From the IMG/VR virus record IMGVR_UViG_3300033068_000352, positions 1,191 through 65,190 of that record: 64,000 bases of DNA. The stretch is one strand, 5' to 3'. The notes beneath the pieces are model-generated. The model had not been told where the DNA came from and did not search any database. It was given only the letters and a program-made list of their open reading frames with translations. This DNA comes from a virus (lineage: Duplodnaviria > Caudoviricetes). Each line of letters begins with the position of its first letter. Positions within the stretch are counted from its first letter, which is position 1. The translations under genes were made by a program, and so were the position numbers. Of the stretch, positions 1 through 8,398 are shown piece by piece.

Positions 1-1081
1 TGTGGCCCACATCCAGAATGGCGTTAGTCCAACCATCCTCGAACTTCTCCGTCAGCGGCCCCTTAGTGGAGCGCTGGAACTTCAGGTATGCCACAAGCCC
101 CGGCAGGGTAATGAAACCCTGATAATCGCCGTCATGGTCGAGAGCGTAGAAGTTGTCCGCTGCCGCGTTCTCCTGATAATCCTGCCAAATCTGGTCCTCA
201 TCGAAGAAACCGTCGTCAGCCAGCGCAACATCCGGCACCCACGTAGACGTGTAGACACCATTCGGACCCTTCACGTACTCGTAGTGCCCACCCTTGGGGG
301 CTGTGGTGCTAATAGCCTTGTTGGCCATTGTGCGCCACGAATTAGAGGTGTACCGACCCATCCAGTAGTCATCGTTCCATTCGAGCTTAGGCCCCATTGA
401 CACTTGACTGTCAGTTACCATCAGATAGTCACCGTCATCCAGAATCTGGAAGGTGTCCGGGTAGGAGCCGATCCACTTAAGGTTCAGGCGGTACAGCGCC
501 TTAGCCAGAATCTCATCCGTGGATGCGAACACGATGGAACCGTCCAGCAGACGCGCGATGGAAACGGGGGAGTGGTCCAGTCGGGACAGGTGCAGGGTGT
601 TGCCCGTTCGGTCGTCCAGCCATGCCACAGCCGCGTAGCCTGCGATCTTCTCCGTGCCCTCAACACCGAACTCCTCCAGTACAGCGGGGATCACCGCCGT
701 GTCAACATCGGCAAGCCCCTGCCCGCCCTTAAGGTCGAAACGAAGCTCCATGTCATTAGAGATATGACCGTTGTGAACCAGTGTGATGTGCTTCTGCACA
801 GACTGGACCGGGTGGTTGTTCTCGTTGAACTTCGGAAGCCCCTGAGTGGCGAACCGGTTGTGACCGATGACCGTATCCGCCTTGCGCGGCATCGTCTTCA
901 TCGAAAGCTGGCTGCCGGGAACCGGAGACTTGAACATCCCCGTCTTGCCCTCACGGGTGGCGAAAGCCCAGCCACTGGAATCAGTACCTCGAACCTCGCC
1001 GTAGGTCGCCAGCGCATTTGCCAGCGAACGACTATTGATCTTGCTGCCCTCAGACAGACTAAAACCCCAAATAGCACACAT
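1..1081 (-). CDS. Class II (Ntn) glutamine amidotransferase domain protein, runs off the left edge
   Basis: Absent from the ORF track because there is no stop in the window. Manual translation from ATG 1081 (GGAGG RBS): MCAIWGF...RGTDSSG...GHNRFATQG...NNHP...LVHNGHISND, with catalytic Cys2 and the class II motifs. Confidence 0.9.
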   Translation of the reverse strand, partial: MCAIWGFSLSEGSKINSRSLANALATYGEVRGTDSSGWAFATREGKTGMFKSPVPGSQLSMKTMPRKADTVIGHNRFATQGLPKFNENNHPVQSVQKHITLVHNGHISNDMELRFDLKGGQGLADVDTAVIPAVLEEFGVEGTEKIAGYAAVAWLDDRTGNTLHLSRLDHSPVSIARLLDGSIVFASTDEILAKALYRLNLKWIGSYPDTFQILDDGDYLMVTDSQVSMGPKLEWNDDYWMGRYTSNSWRTMANKAISTTAPKGGHYEYVKGPNGVYTSTWVPDVALADDGFFDEDQIWQDYQENAAADNFYALDHDGDYQGFITLPGLVAYLKFQRSTKGPLTEKFEDGWTNAILDVGH

Positions 1082-1203
1082 ATTATTACCTCCTATATTA
1101 AGCGGGACTTGGTTGCCCCTATTTGTTCGCAATGCGAAAGATTAGGTGGTGAGTTATACTCCCTGCTCACCATCAGGTTCGTGCCCTAGCGCCCCACCGT
1201 ACG

Positions 1204-1232
1204 AGTCTACACGGCTTACATGTTTTGGACAA
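1204..1232 (-). promoter_or_regulatory. SigA-type promoter upstream of the amidotransferase gene
   Basis: TTGTCC-N17-TAGACT on the minus strand, intergenic. Confidence 0.7.
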
Positions 1233-1248
1233 GGGGGCTAACTACAGA

Positions 1249-1398
1249 CTAATCCGCCATTGGCCGGGTGTCAACATTCCAGCGTTCGACCATGGTGTTT
1301 TTCAGACTCTCCTTGTCGGAAACTGCCGCCGTTTCATTGTCGTAAATTCCGTAGATATATCCATCTCCATTATTCGACTTAAGAACCCAGACCTGCAT
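1249..1398 (-). CDS. Hypothetical protein, 49 aa
   Basis: MQVWVLKSNNGDGYIYGIYDNE...; ATG overlaps the amidoligase stop (TGATG). Confidence 0.7.
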   Translation of the reverse strand: MQVWVLKSNNGDGYIYGIYDNETAAVSDKESLKNTMVERWNVDTRPMAD

Positions 1399-3047
1399 CA
1401 GATTTCACCAGCCACACCCACCAGCGAACCGGCGAGAACGTCGTTCTTGAAATCGTAGTTGATGCTCACGTTCTGCTCGATGATACCGTCAATGTGCGAC
1501 TGGTCGATAGTTGACATAAGAATGTCAACGCTCTCAGCGCCCTTGCGGATGAACAGGGACTGAAGATCATTGAAGCTCTTCACCTTGTTCCACTCGGAGG
1601 GCTTCACACCCGCCTTGGCCACGTTCACAAGCTCACGGCAGATGTGCGCCCACTTAATGAGGTACTCGTAGTCGTACACGGGTCCCATGGCGCGGAACTC
1701 CACCGTGCCGTGATCAGACAGCGCCTGAAGGTTCAGGGTCACGTACCGGTCGCCGGTGTAGAGGCTTTCCTTATCGAACAGCGTTCCTATGTCCTTCGAA
1801 AGCTCCTTGACGGACTTCACAATAGCCACATTGTCCTGAGCGGGGCGTGTACGGCAGTACTGGCGCTTAGTACGCTGGTAGCTAGCCTCAAGAAGAGGTT
1901 CGATAACAGAGTATCCGTACACCAGCGAGCCAATGTGCTTTACCGTCAAATCTGACGCGTCCACATGAACGTGAACACCAGCAGAGTTGTTCTGCGGCTG
2001 CTCGTTCACCTGAACCAGAAGCTTCTCCAGCCCCTTCGAATGGTAAGAATGCAGAATGGGCGACACGAACTCAGCAGTGTCCCCATAGCCATCACTGTCA
2101 CCATTGTTTGCACGGTACGTCATGCATTCTACGCACGAATCGTAGCTGGTGAAGTTAGGATTATTAATCCAGTGACCGTCTCCTGAGTTTTCGTCATCCT
2201 CAACCCAGATGCGGTCACGGTGGCGGTTCTCATCATCATGCGGAAGGTAGGCGCTACGCAAACTACCATCGCCCTTCTTACCCCAACCAGCGGGACGCTC
2301 GCAACCGCGAGCACCAGCAACCTCAACCTCAATGCCCCAGTTGCGGGAAGAAACAAGGCCGTGACCTGCAAGGGTGAACTTGTTAATGATGCGCTCATCC
2401 GTAGAACGCTCGGCAGCGATCCGCTTGTAGAACGCCACCACGTCCCCCTGACCGGAGCGAACAGGCTTTGACACTCGATTGTCAACCATGGCTCGGTCCT
2501 TCATCTGCTGGCGAATGGTGTTGACATAATTTCGCTTGAAAGTTCGTGCTGCCTCGGTGGCCTGTGCGATTGCGATGTGACCAACATAGCGCTCCTTACC
2601 ATGACCGTTAACTCGCACCTTCTTGAGGCCGTCAAGAGCGGACTCGAAGAAATGTCGGTCAGTGCGAAAACGGATCGCGCCCTTGACCACAAAAACTTCA
2701 ACCCACTTCGGAAGCGCTGCCTTCAAGGCGGACACTGCCTCAGCCACGCTAACCCCAGTCTCCTCGGTGGTGTAAATTTTGGTAACACGGATGCCATGGG
2801 GGGATGGGACGTTAACGTCATAATTGTAATCCCACTCTCCATCACCCTCAAGACTCACATACATGTAACGCCCGTACTGCCCAAAAGTGTTGGCGAAATT
2901 CTCAAAATTGCGATCAGTGTAGTATCCCAGCCACGTATTGATACAACTACGCATCGCCCTCTCCCATAACGTGGGAATAGCGCCATTGCGTCGAGCATAA
3001 TCCTCAATCAGGGCCTCAGTGAAGCTTTCACGAGTGTAAACTGTCAT
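1398..3047 (-). CDS. Putative amidoligase (COOH-NH2 ligase, glutamine-synthetase-like fold)
   Basis: Motifs WGIEVEV, AEFVSPIL, SAGVHVHV, RYVTLNLQAL..HGTVEFR. Start set at ATG 3047 (GAGGAGG RBS); the frame stays open to 3245. Confidence 0.88.
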   Translation of the reverse strand: MTVYTRESFTEALIEDYARRNGAIPTLWERAMRSCINTWLGYYTDRNFENFANTFGQYGRYMYVSLEGDGEWDYNYDVNVPSPHGIRVTKIYTTEETGVSVAEAVSALKAALPKWVEVFVVKGAIRFRTDRHFFESALDGLKKVRVNGHGKERYVGHIAIAQATEAARTFKRNYVNTIRQQMKDRAMVDNRVSKPVRSGQGDVVAFYKRIAAERSTDERIINKFTLAGHGLVSSRNWGIEVEVAGARGCERPAGWGKKGDGSLRSAYLPHDDENRHRDRIWVEDDENSGDGHWINNPNFTSYDSCVECMTYRANNGDSDGYGDTAEFVSPILHSYHSKGLEKLLVQVNEQPQNNSAGVHVHVDASDLTVKHIGSLVYGYSVIEPLLEASYQRTKRQYCRTRPAQDNVAIVKSVKELSKDIGTLFDKESLYTGDRYVTLNLQALSDHGTVEFRAMGPVYDYEYLIKWAHICRELVNVAKAGVKPSEWNKVKSFNDLQSLFIRKGAESVDILMSTIDQSHIDGIIEQNVSINYDFKNDVLAGSLVGVAGEI

Positions 3048-3231
3048 AACATCCTCCTCTACTGCTTGTGCCGGGAATACCGGTGTTGGATCAATCCAAT
3101 CAATGTTATCTATTGAAAATGTCATATTTTCTATACCATGCAAGGCTCTAATTGAAGCGCTGTAAACGTTAGTGAGGTGGCTAACCAGAGAAGTGTCGAG
3201 AGCCTCAGCGTCCCAGATTAGGTGACTAGTC

Positions 3232-3945
3232 TCAGGCATCTTCACCCTCGAAGATCACGCGATATTTGTCGGCCTGATTTGCCTGCTTGGTAAGGGCAGT
3301 GATACTTGCGCTGGAACTGCCAGACCACCAAATCCCGAACTGCTCAAGGCTCTTAACCCAAACGCGATTATCGATCTGGATGACCGCATTCTTCTTCGTC
3401 GGCAGCACAATCGGCTCTGGGATGTACTCCACCGTGGCACCCGGAATCTCCCGGATATTGTCAAGGTAGAAATTTCCAGCGGGAGACTTTACGTACTCAA
3501 TATCATGATACTGGTTAGTACTAATCTCGGCCTCAAAAGAAACCTTCACCCGCTTGGTCTTCGCAGGCTCATCCACCACAAGCTCAACGTTGTAATCCTC
3601 GATGCCGTTGGGGCTTCCCCACTTATTGACAAAATGCTTACCAGCATCAAACCATGTGTTGTTCACCACGAACTCCGAACCAATGGGGTGTAATGCCTTG
3701 GTCCGGTCACCGGAAGCCTTGTGGCTCACAACGCGAACCCTATCCCCTACTTTAAAATCCGGGATCAGTTCGACGTGACGGGCATGAATACCAAGACCAT
3801 AAGTTGCCTCATCCTTGACAACCTGATTGTTGGCACTGCCCCACGTCTTGGCAACCGTGAACACCTTCCCAATCGGGTATTGCGCCGCGTTGACCGCTTT
3901 CTGGGTGACCTTAACCCGGTCGCCCACCTTGAATGTGGTACTCAT
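3232..3945 (-). CDS. Protein with two KOW/SH3-like repeats and a C-terminal LPT..AVI module
   Basis: FKVGDRVKV and FKVGDRVRV repeats; strong RBS. Confidence 0.75.
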   Translation of the reverse strand: MSTTFKVGDRVKVTQKAVNAAQYPIGKVFTVAKTWGSANNQVVKDEATYGLGIHARHVELIPDFKVGDRVRVVSHKASGDRTKALHPIGSEFVVNNTWFDAGKHFVNKWGSPNGIEDYNVELVVDEPAKTKRVKVSFEAEISTNQYHDIEYVKSPAGNFYLDNIREIPGATVEYIPEPIVLPTKKNAVIQIDNRVWVKSLEQFGIWWSGSSSASITALTKQANQADKYRVIFEGEDA

Positions 3946-4092
3946 ATTTCCTCCTCTTAGAATCGATTGACACTAATAAATCAATTGGGAATAGTGTGCC
4001 AGAGTAAATTCAACAATCACTCACCATCAGCAACTCACTTGTTGTCAACTATTCTCAAACTTACAGCAGGCACCCGGCCCCTATCACGTATC

Positions 4093-4121
4093 ACTCTACA
4101 CGGGCTTTATGTTTCTTACTA
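4093..4121 (-). promoter_or_regulatory. Promoter resembling the one at 1204-1232
   Basis: Shares AAACAT..AAGCC(C)GTGTAGA.T..TACG; -10 TAGAGT. Confidence 0.55.
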
Positions 4122-4316
4122 GTATTTCGTTACCTGCAAGCCCAACTCATCAAAAGTATCGAGACTGAGATTTGTTGGGAAAACTTGCCCAGACTAGGCG
4201 TTTCGCAGGAGTGACCTGCGCCCTAGAAATCCGGAACTACCGGAACCAACTGGGACTTCTGCAAGCGGTACCCCCGAAAATCCGGTATCCCGGCATAATT
4301 AGATCGGACTTGCATT

Positions 4317-4392
4317 GTGCGCGGACAGGATTCGAACCTGTAACAACATTGGGTTTATTTCCCCAATCGCTTTTCCATTTGCGTACCGCACT
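4317..4392 (-). ncRNA. tRNA-like element with an aberrant 8-nt anticodon loop
   Basis: T arm ACAGG-TTCGAAT-CCTGT, D arm CGC-AAATGGAAAA-GCG, stem TTGGG/CCCAA with loop GAAATAAA, 6-bp acceptor stem. Confidence 0.7.
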
Positions 4393-4490
4393 ACCGAGTC
4401 GGAAAGATCAGCGCACCCCTGAACCCGTCTTTCCCCTACAGCGCCGCAACCTCGCGGCCTTGTTTCTTTACCCATCACCCCTGATGGAAA

Positions 4491-4616
4491 CTACCACAGT
4501 CGAGCATACGTCTGCCCATCCTTATGCACACCCATAACAGTATGGGCATTCTTGAACGCCGTCAGGTGCTTGGCCGAAACCCGGAACACACCGCTCTCCG
4601 TAATTACCGTGAACAT
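4491..4616 (-). CDS. Hypothetical protein, 41 aa
   Basis: MFTVITESGVFRVSAKHL...; directly follows the upstream stop. Confidence 0.6.
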   Translation of the reverse strand: MFTVITESGVFRVSAKHLTAFKNAHTVMGVHKDGQTYARLW

Positions 4617-4811
4617 TTAAATAGTCACCTTCCACATCTTCTCATAGTACTCACTAGCCTCCAGCGGGTCAACCCCATAAAAGGTAACCGGGTAGCGCTC
4701 CACTACATCCTTATTGCGGAAAACCTTCGCCACAACATTACCACGGGAGGCCAGCCTGTCAACACGCACAATCGACTCGATCTGGCGCTTATCACCCTCA
4801 CGCAGACTCAA
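4617..4811 (-). CDS. Hypothetical protein
   Basis: ORF track; overlapping start/stop chain. Confidence 0.7.
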   Translation of the reverse strand: MSLREGDKRQIESIVRVDRLASRGNVVAKVFRNKDVVERYPVTFYGVDPLEASEYYEKMWKVTI

Positions 4812-5110
4812 AAATTGTACCCCGCTTCCTCTAATAGTGCCTTAATGTTCTCCACAACATCCCCACCTTCTGGGGTGGACTTGTAAACATCGTAAATGCT
4901 GTCCAGCGTCACCTTCGGGGCGGGAGTCGAGGGTACTACCTCCAGTTCATCGAAAAAGAAGTAAAGACTATTTAATGTGTTGTCCCGCAAAACACTGGCT
5001 CCATCCTGATTAATGCCAGTCACAACACCCGTCTGCCCGTCAAAACGATGATAAGCCTGTTCGGCACTAGCAGTATTGATCCGGACCTTATCGCCCACGT
5101 TGACACTCAT
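4808..5110 (-). CDS. KOW/SH3-like domain protein
   Basis: VNVGDKVRI...GQTGVV motif. Confidence 0.7.
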   Translation of the reverse strand: MSVNVGDKVRINTASAEQAYHRFDGQTGVVTGINQDGASVLRDNTLNSLYFFFDELEVVPSTPAPKVTLDSIYDVYKSTPEGGDVVENIKALLEEAGYNF

Positions 5111-5478
5111 CGGTCAGCACCTTCATACAAAACGGTGAAACCGTTCTCATCGGCGCTCTCCTGAATCCGAGCATCGTCCCAAGTTGTAAAAGTGTTCTTC
5201 CGCGCCCATCTTCCGTCATTGCCACGGAAAACAACCCTCCGATTACCGCTATTGAATTGGATCACAGCCCCCGGCTTGGTGGGAATCTTAGGCTTAGCCG
5301 CTTCCCGCGACGACTCAACCTCCGCGATGTGCTCATTCAGGGCGTCACGCAGTTGCAGGACCTCACCCCACCTATATGCGGCAAAGGACCTATCTCCACC
5401 ATGATCCAACAGTACGTCATCACCATAGCTAGAAACCGAAGCCTGCCATGGTTCATCTGAAACAATTTGCTTATACAT
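5107..5478 (-). CDS. Hypothetical protein with a C-terminal IPT.PGAVI module
   Basis: C-terminus resembles those of 3232-3945 and 5970-6666. Confidence 0.75.
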   Translation of the reverse strand: MYKQIVSDEPWQASVSSYGDDVLLDHGGDRSFAAYRWGEVLQLRDALNEHIAEVESSREAAKPKIPTKPGAVIQFNSGNRRVVFRGNDGRWARKNTFTTWDDARIQESADENGFTVLYEGADR

Positions 5479-5480
5479 TC

Positions 5481-5606
5481 TTAACCTCCCGGTTCGATTC
5501 TTTTGAAAACCTTATCAGCAATCCACGTTATCAGCAAGGCTGACGGCACAATAAAAGCCGCCAGCCCCGCCAGAATCACGAAGACTGCAAGCAGCCAGTT
5601 CAACAT
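5481..5606 (-). CDS. Small membrane protein, 41 aa
   Basis: MLNWLLAVFVILAGLAAFIVPSALLITWIADKV...; TGATG overlap. Confidence 0.65.
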   Translation of the reverse strand: MLNWLLAVFVILAGLAAFIVPSALLITWIADKVFKRIEPGG

Positions 5607-5977
5607 CAGGCGTCGAACTTGCCGGACTCGATATCCGCCAACAGCTTCAACAGGACACGATTGACCGCCTTACTCGCCCTACTGACCCCTACCGTATCCT
5701 CAGCGGCGTAAACATCGTGAACCTTAGACTTGATTGCAGTTGCAACCTTATCCGCGTCCAGACGCTTTGACGCTGTAGTGTCAACTTCCTCGGGGATAAT
5801 AACCTCGACCTCCTTCAGGGCTACTGGAAGGCCATTCAGCATGAACATATTACCAGCGCCATACAACGTCTTCTGAAGGGTGCCGACATAATCCTTCAAT
5901 CGAACAATCTGGGTGTCACCAACAAACTTCACCGTGTCACCAACCTGAGGAACACGCTTACCCCCCGCCTTAAACAT
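5606..5977 (-). CDS. KOW/SH3-like domain protein
   Basis: Start MFKAGG at 5977; PQVGDTVKFVG motif. Confidence 0.7.
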   Translation of the reverse strand: MFKAGGKRVPQVGDTVKFVGDTQIVRLKDYVGTLQKTLYGAGNMFMLNGLPVALKEVEVIIPEEVDTTASKRLDADKVATAIKSKVHDVYAAEDTVGVSRASKAVNRVLLKLLADIESGKFDA

Positions 5978-6666
5978 TGACACCCTCCGAAAGGACAGTG
6001 AACTTGTAATTGGAAAGGAAAGCGTTGTCCACACTTGTTCCAGTGTAAGATGAACTCCACCTCTTCTCACTAGTGCGCGTCCACACATAGCCTACCTGAT
6101 CGGTGTCCACATGGACCACCGCACCAATACCTGTAGGAAGCGCCGGGGCAACAACCTCTAGCTTCCAGCCGTCCTGCTTGCGCAAGTAGTTCTCATCAGT
6201 AGCACCCTCGGGACGGATATTGAAGTAAGCGCTGCTTTCTTTATAAAACTCACCTACCAGCACCGACTCGCCCAGAGTCGCTTTGACCTTATCGCCAACC
6301 TTCACACTGTCCTCCAATTCAATCTCATTCTCAAAAACGAGCCTCCAGTTGCTGTTATTCTTGTCCGGCTTGTAGTGGTAACCATCTGTGAGCACTCTCG
6401 CAATAACACCCGGTCCAGTTGCGCTATAGGGGCCACGAATAACCTTGATCCGGTCACCCACCTTGAACTTGCGCTCAGGAGCCAGTTCCAAACGCTTAGA
6501 AAACACGCCCATTGGGTAGACCAGTTCCTCCGAGGTAAAGCCAGCACCAGACTTATAATCAGTGGCCTCATGCACTTCAGACACCGTGAACTCGTGCCCC
6601 CTTGCTCCAACTGCCATAATCCTCGATCAGACGAACCCTGTCGCCCACGTTAAAAGTCTTGATCAT
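5970..6666 (-). pseudogene. Three-repeat KOW/SH3-like protein split by a +1 frameshift in a G5 tract
   Basis: ATG 6666 (GAGGAG RBS) gives MIKTFNVGDRVRLIEDYGSWSK. Removing one base from the run at 6597-6601 joins it to GHEFTV... of ORF 5970-6617. Confidence 0.7.
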
Positions 6667-6680
6667 ATTCTCCTCTTCCT

Positions 6681-6803
6681 CTAATCTCGAACAACATCGC
6701 GGGGTGAATGATCTGGGTACACATGTTCCCAGCCGAACACTCCGAGCCTAACACGCGCTCCGCACTTTCCACAACGGCCAAATGTTTCTAACAGTTTTGT
6801 CAC
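6681..6803 (-). CDS. Small CxxC protein, 40 aa
   Basis: VTKLLETFGRCGKCGARV...WEH; GTGA overlap. Confidence 0.55.
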   Translation of the reverse strand: MTKLLETFGRCGKCGARVRLGVFGWEHVYPDHSPRDVVRD

Positions 6804-6925
6804 GCCCACACCTCCCGGTCACGCAATGTGAGCCCGCGTCCTTCGATGATAGCAGTAGCGTGACTGATTGTGCTAAAAAATTTTATCCCGCCGATCTGGA
6901 TAGGCTGATTCCAATTGTCCTTCAC
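6800..6925 (-). CDS. Hypothetical protein, 41 aa
   Basis: VKDNWNQPIQIGGIKFFST..., found manually. Confidence 0.5.
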   Translation of the reverse strand: MKDNWNQPIQIGGIKFFSTISHATAIIEGRGLTLRDREVWA

Positions 6926-6975
6926 GTACCACTTATCAGAACCTGACAGGTACGTAAGCTTACCCACGTAGTCCA

Positions 6976-7536
6976 TCAGACACCCCTAATCTCGGCAATA
7001 TAGTCAGTAAGCCACATCACATCTGTAACGTGACCACCGTCAGCCGTATACATCTTTGCGGCCTCCTCAAGTGCCTCGGCCTTGACCTCGCGCTCGTCGC
7101 GCAGCGGGCCGTCCGGGGCGGTGAGTCGCGAAGCCCAGTTGAGATACATCGGCTTGTAGGTGCTGCCCTCGTGGTCAAGCTGGGCGGGTGATGCGTTCTG
7201 CATCGCCTCGGCCAGCGCCTCGACGTTCACGACCGGCTTGCCCGCCTCACGGATGACGCCAGAGGCGAGGATCGCGTCGGCTTGCTGCTGGGTGTACCCG
7301 CGCAGGTATTCGGGTGCCGATTCCCACTTAGGGACGAATCCCGCGTAGTCCTTTGTCGCGTGCTCGTAGAGAACCCTCGCCAGCGCCTCCCGTTCGGCTT
7401 CGAGCTTCTGCGCGAGGGTGTCGGCCACGCCACGGTCGTAGCCAGTGCGTGCTCCTGACAGCCATGCCTGTATTCCCGGTGCAGCACCGGAGTCCCCCGG
7501 GTACGCGGCCTTAGCTGCCTCACTATGATCAGTCAT
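6976..7536 (-). CDS. Hypothetical protein with a GC-rich core
   Basis: ORF track; RBS; KAEALEEAA motif. Confidence 0.75.
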   Translation of the reverse strand: MTDHSEAAKAAYPGDSGAAPGIQAWLSGARTGYDRGVADTLAQKLEAEREALARVLYEHATKDYAGFVPKWESAPEYLRGYTQQQADAILASGVIREAGKPVVNVEALAEAMQNASPAQLDHEGSTYKPMYLNWASRLTAPDGPLRDEREVKAEALEEAAKMYTADGGHVTDVMWLTDYIAEIRGV

Positions 7537-7823
7537 CTAATCCTCCACAATCTCAGTAACAGCGCTCGTGCGCCTAAAAGTAACATCACCCTCGCCCAGC
7601 GGCTCCAATGTCAGAATCATCGAAATACCTTCAACAATAGCCCGATGTTCCAGAATGTGCAACCATTCCCCATCACGGCGCAAACGCCCCTCAGCGTCCT
7701 CACGCACGCGTCTAACGAACGCCCCTCAGCGTCCTCACGCACGCGTCTAACGAACGCCCAACCCTTATTCGGGGTAAAGTCCTTGAACTCGTACACACTG
7801 CCTGTAGTCGTTTTGACAATCAT
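7537..7823 (-). pseudogene. Hypothetical gene frameshifted by a 35-bp tandem duplication
   Basis: Removing one copy gives ...EDAEGRLRRDGEWLHILEH...LEPLGEGDVTFRRTSAVTEIVED*, ending next to the following start. Confidence 0.75.
7685..7759. repeat. 35-bp perfect tandem duplication
   Basis: CGCCCCTCAGCGTCCTCACGCACGCGTCTAACGAA twice, then CGCCC. Confidence 0.95.
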
Positions 7824-7826
7824 CTG

Positions 7827-8087
7827 TCAATCCTCCTCGTACTCTTCCTCATCGATCCAAAACCAAGCGTAATCATCCCCACTGTCAAGCTCCCACCGCT
7901 CAATCGCAGAGCAATCCGAATAGTCAGGCTTGACCTTGTTCTCAAACTCGAAAATAGACAAGCCCACCACCGCATCCAATACCACCTTTGCCTGCTCCAG
8001 CGTGTACCCGGACGGCAACTCCACCACATACGCCTTCATTGGCACTTGGGGAATATATACGACCCTAAGGTCTCCTACTGTAGTCAC
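7827..8087 (-). CDS. Hypothetical protein
   Basis: ORF track; YIPQVPMKAY motif; acidic tail. Confidence 0.75.
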   Translation of the reverse strand: MTTVGDLRVVYIPQVPMKAYVVELPSGYTLEQAKVVLDAVVGLSIFEFENKVKPDYSDCSAIERWELDSGDDYAWFWIDEEEYEED

Positions 8088-8398
8088 TATACCTCCTCAA
8101 TATTGGTAGCACCATACACGATACTCGCCGTAAGCTGCCCACGCTCCAGATCGCCCCAACCGTCAAGACCAGAAGCATCCGTCACGCCATTGACCAGAGC
8201 ATTATAGGCAAGGTGCTCCCAAATACCGGCCTCGTCCGTGATACCGGCGTAAATGCCGTCCGTGATACCGGCGTAAATGCCGTCCATGCGCCAACGCCGC
8301 TTGCCCTCATCAACGTACCAAAAAGGGTCAATCTCGTTCTCATCGTACTCAAAACTAACGCTCGTCGTCAGCGCGTAGTTCTTCACAATAGCCGTCAC
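8087..8398 (-). CDS. Hypothetical protein with an in-frame 8-aa duplication
   Basis: DGIYAGIT twice. Confidence 0.75.
   Translation of the reverse strand: MTAIVKNYALTTSVSFEYDENEIDPFWYVDEGKRRWRMDGIYAGITDGIYAGITDEAGIWEHLAYNALVNGVTDASGLDGWGDLERGQLTASIVYGATNIEEV
8233..8285. repeat. 24-bp perfect tandem duplication
   Basis: CGTCCGTGATACCGGCGTAAATGC twice, then CGTCC. Confidence 0.95.

Noticed and set aside
2-1189. Plus-strand ORFs of 132 and 261 aa
   Set aside because: Antisense shadows of the amidotransferase gene. The same applies to most long opposite-strand ORFs, e.g. 9325-10110, 20400-21098, 26377-27087, 47240-47935.
4140-4490. Y RNA, hammerhead or tmRNA identity for the structured region
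   Set aside because: Arm order is that of a normal tRNA rather than the permuted YrlA order; no complete CUGANGA/GAAA core; no tag frame or terminal tRNA-like domain.
5509-5537. TTGCTG-N17-TAAGGT promoter with a TTGCTGATAA direct repeat
   Set aside because: Lies inside the 5481-5606 membrane ORF (ALLITWIADK); may be coincidental.
7685-7759. CRISPR-sized 35-bp repeat
   Set aside because: The copies abut with no spacer, and no cas operon is present. The Cas4-like gene is a recombination exonuclease.
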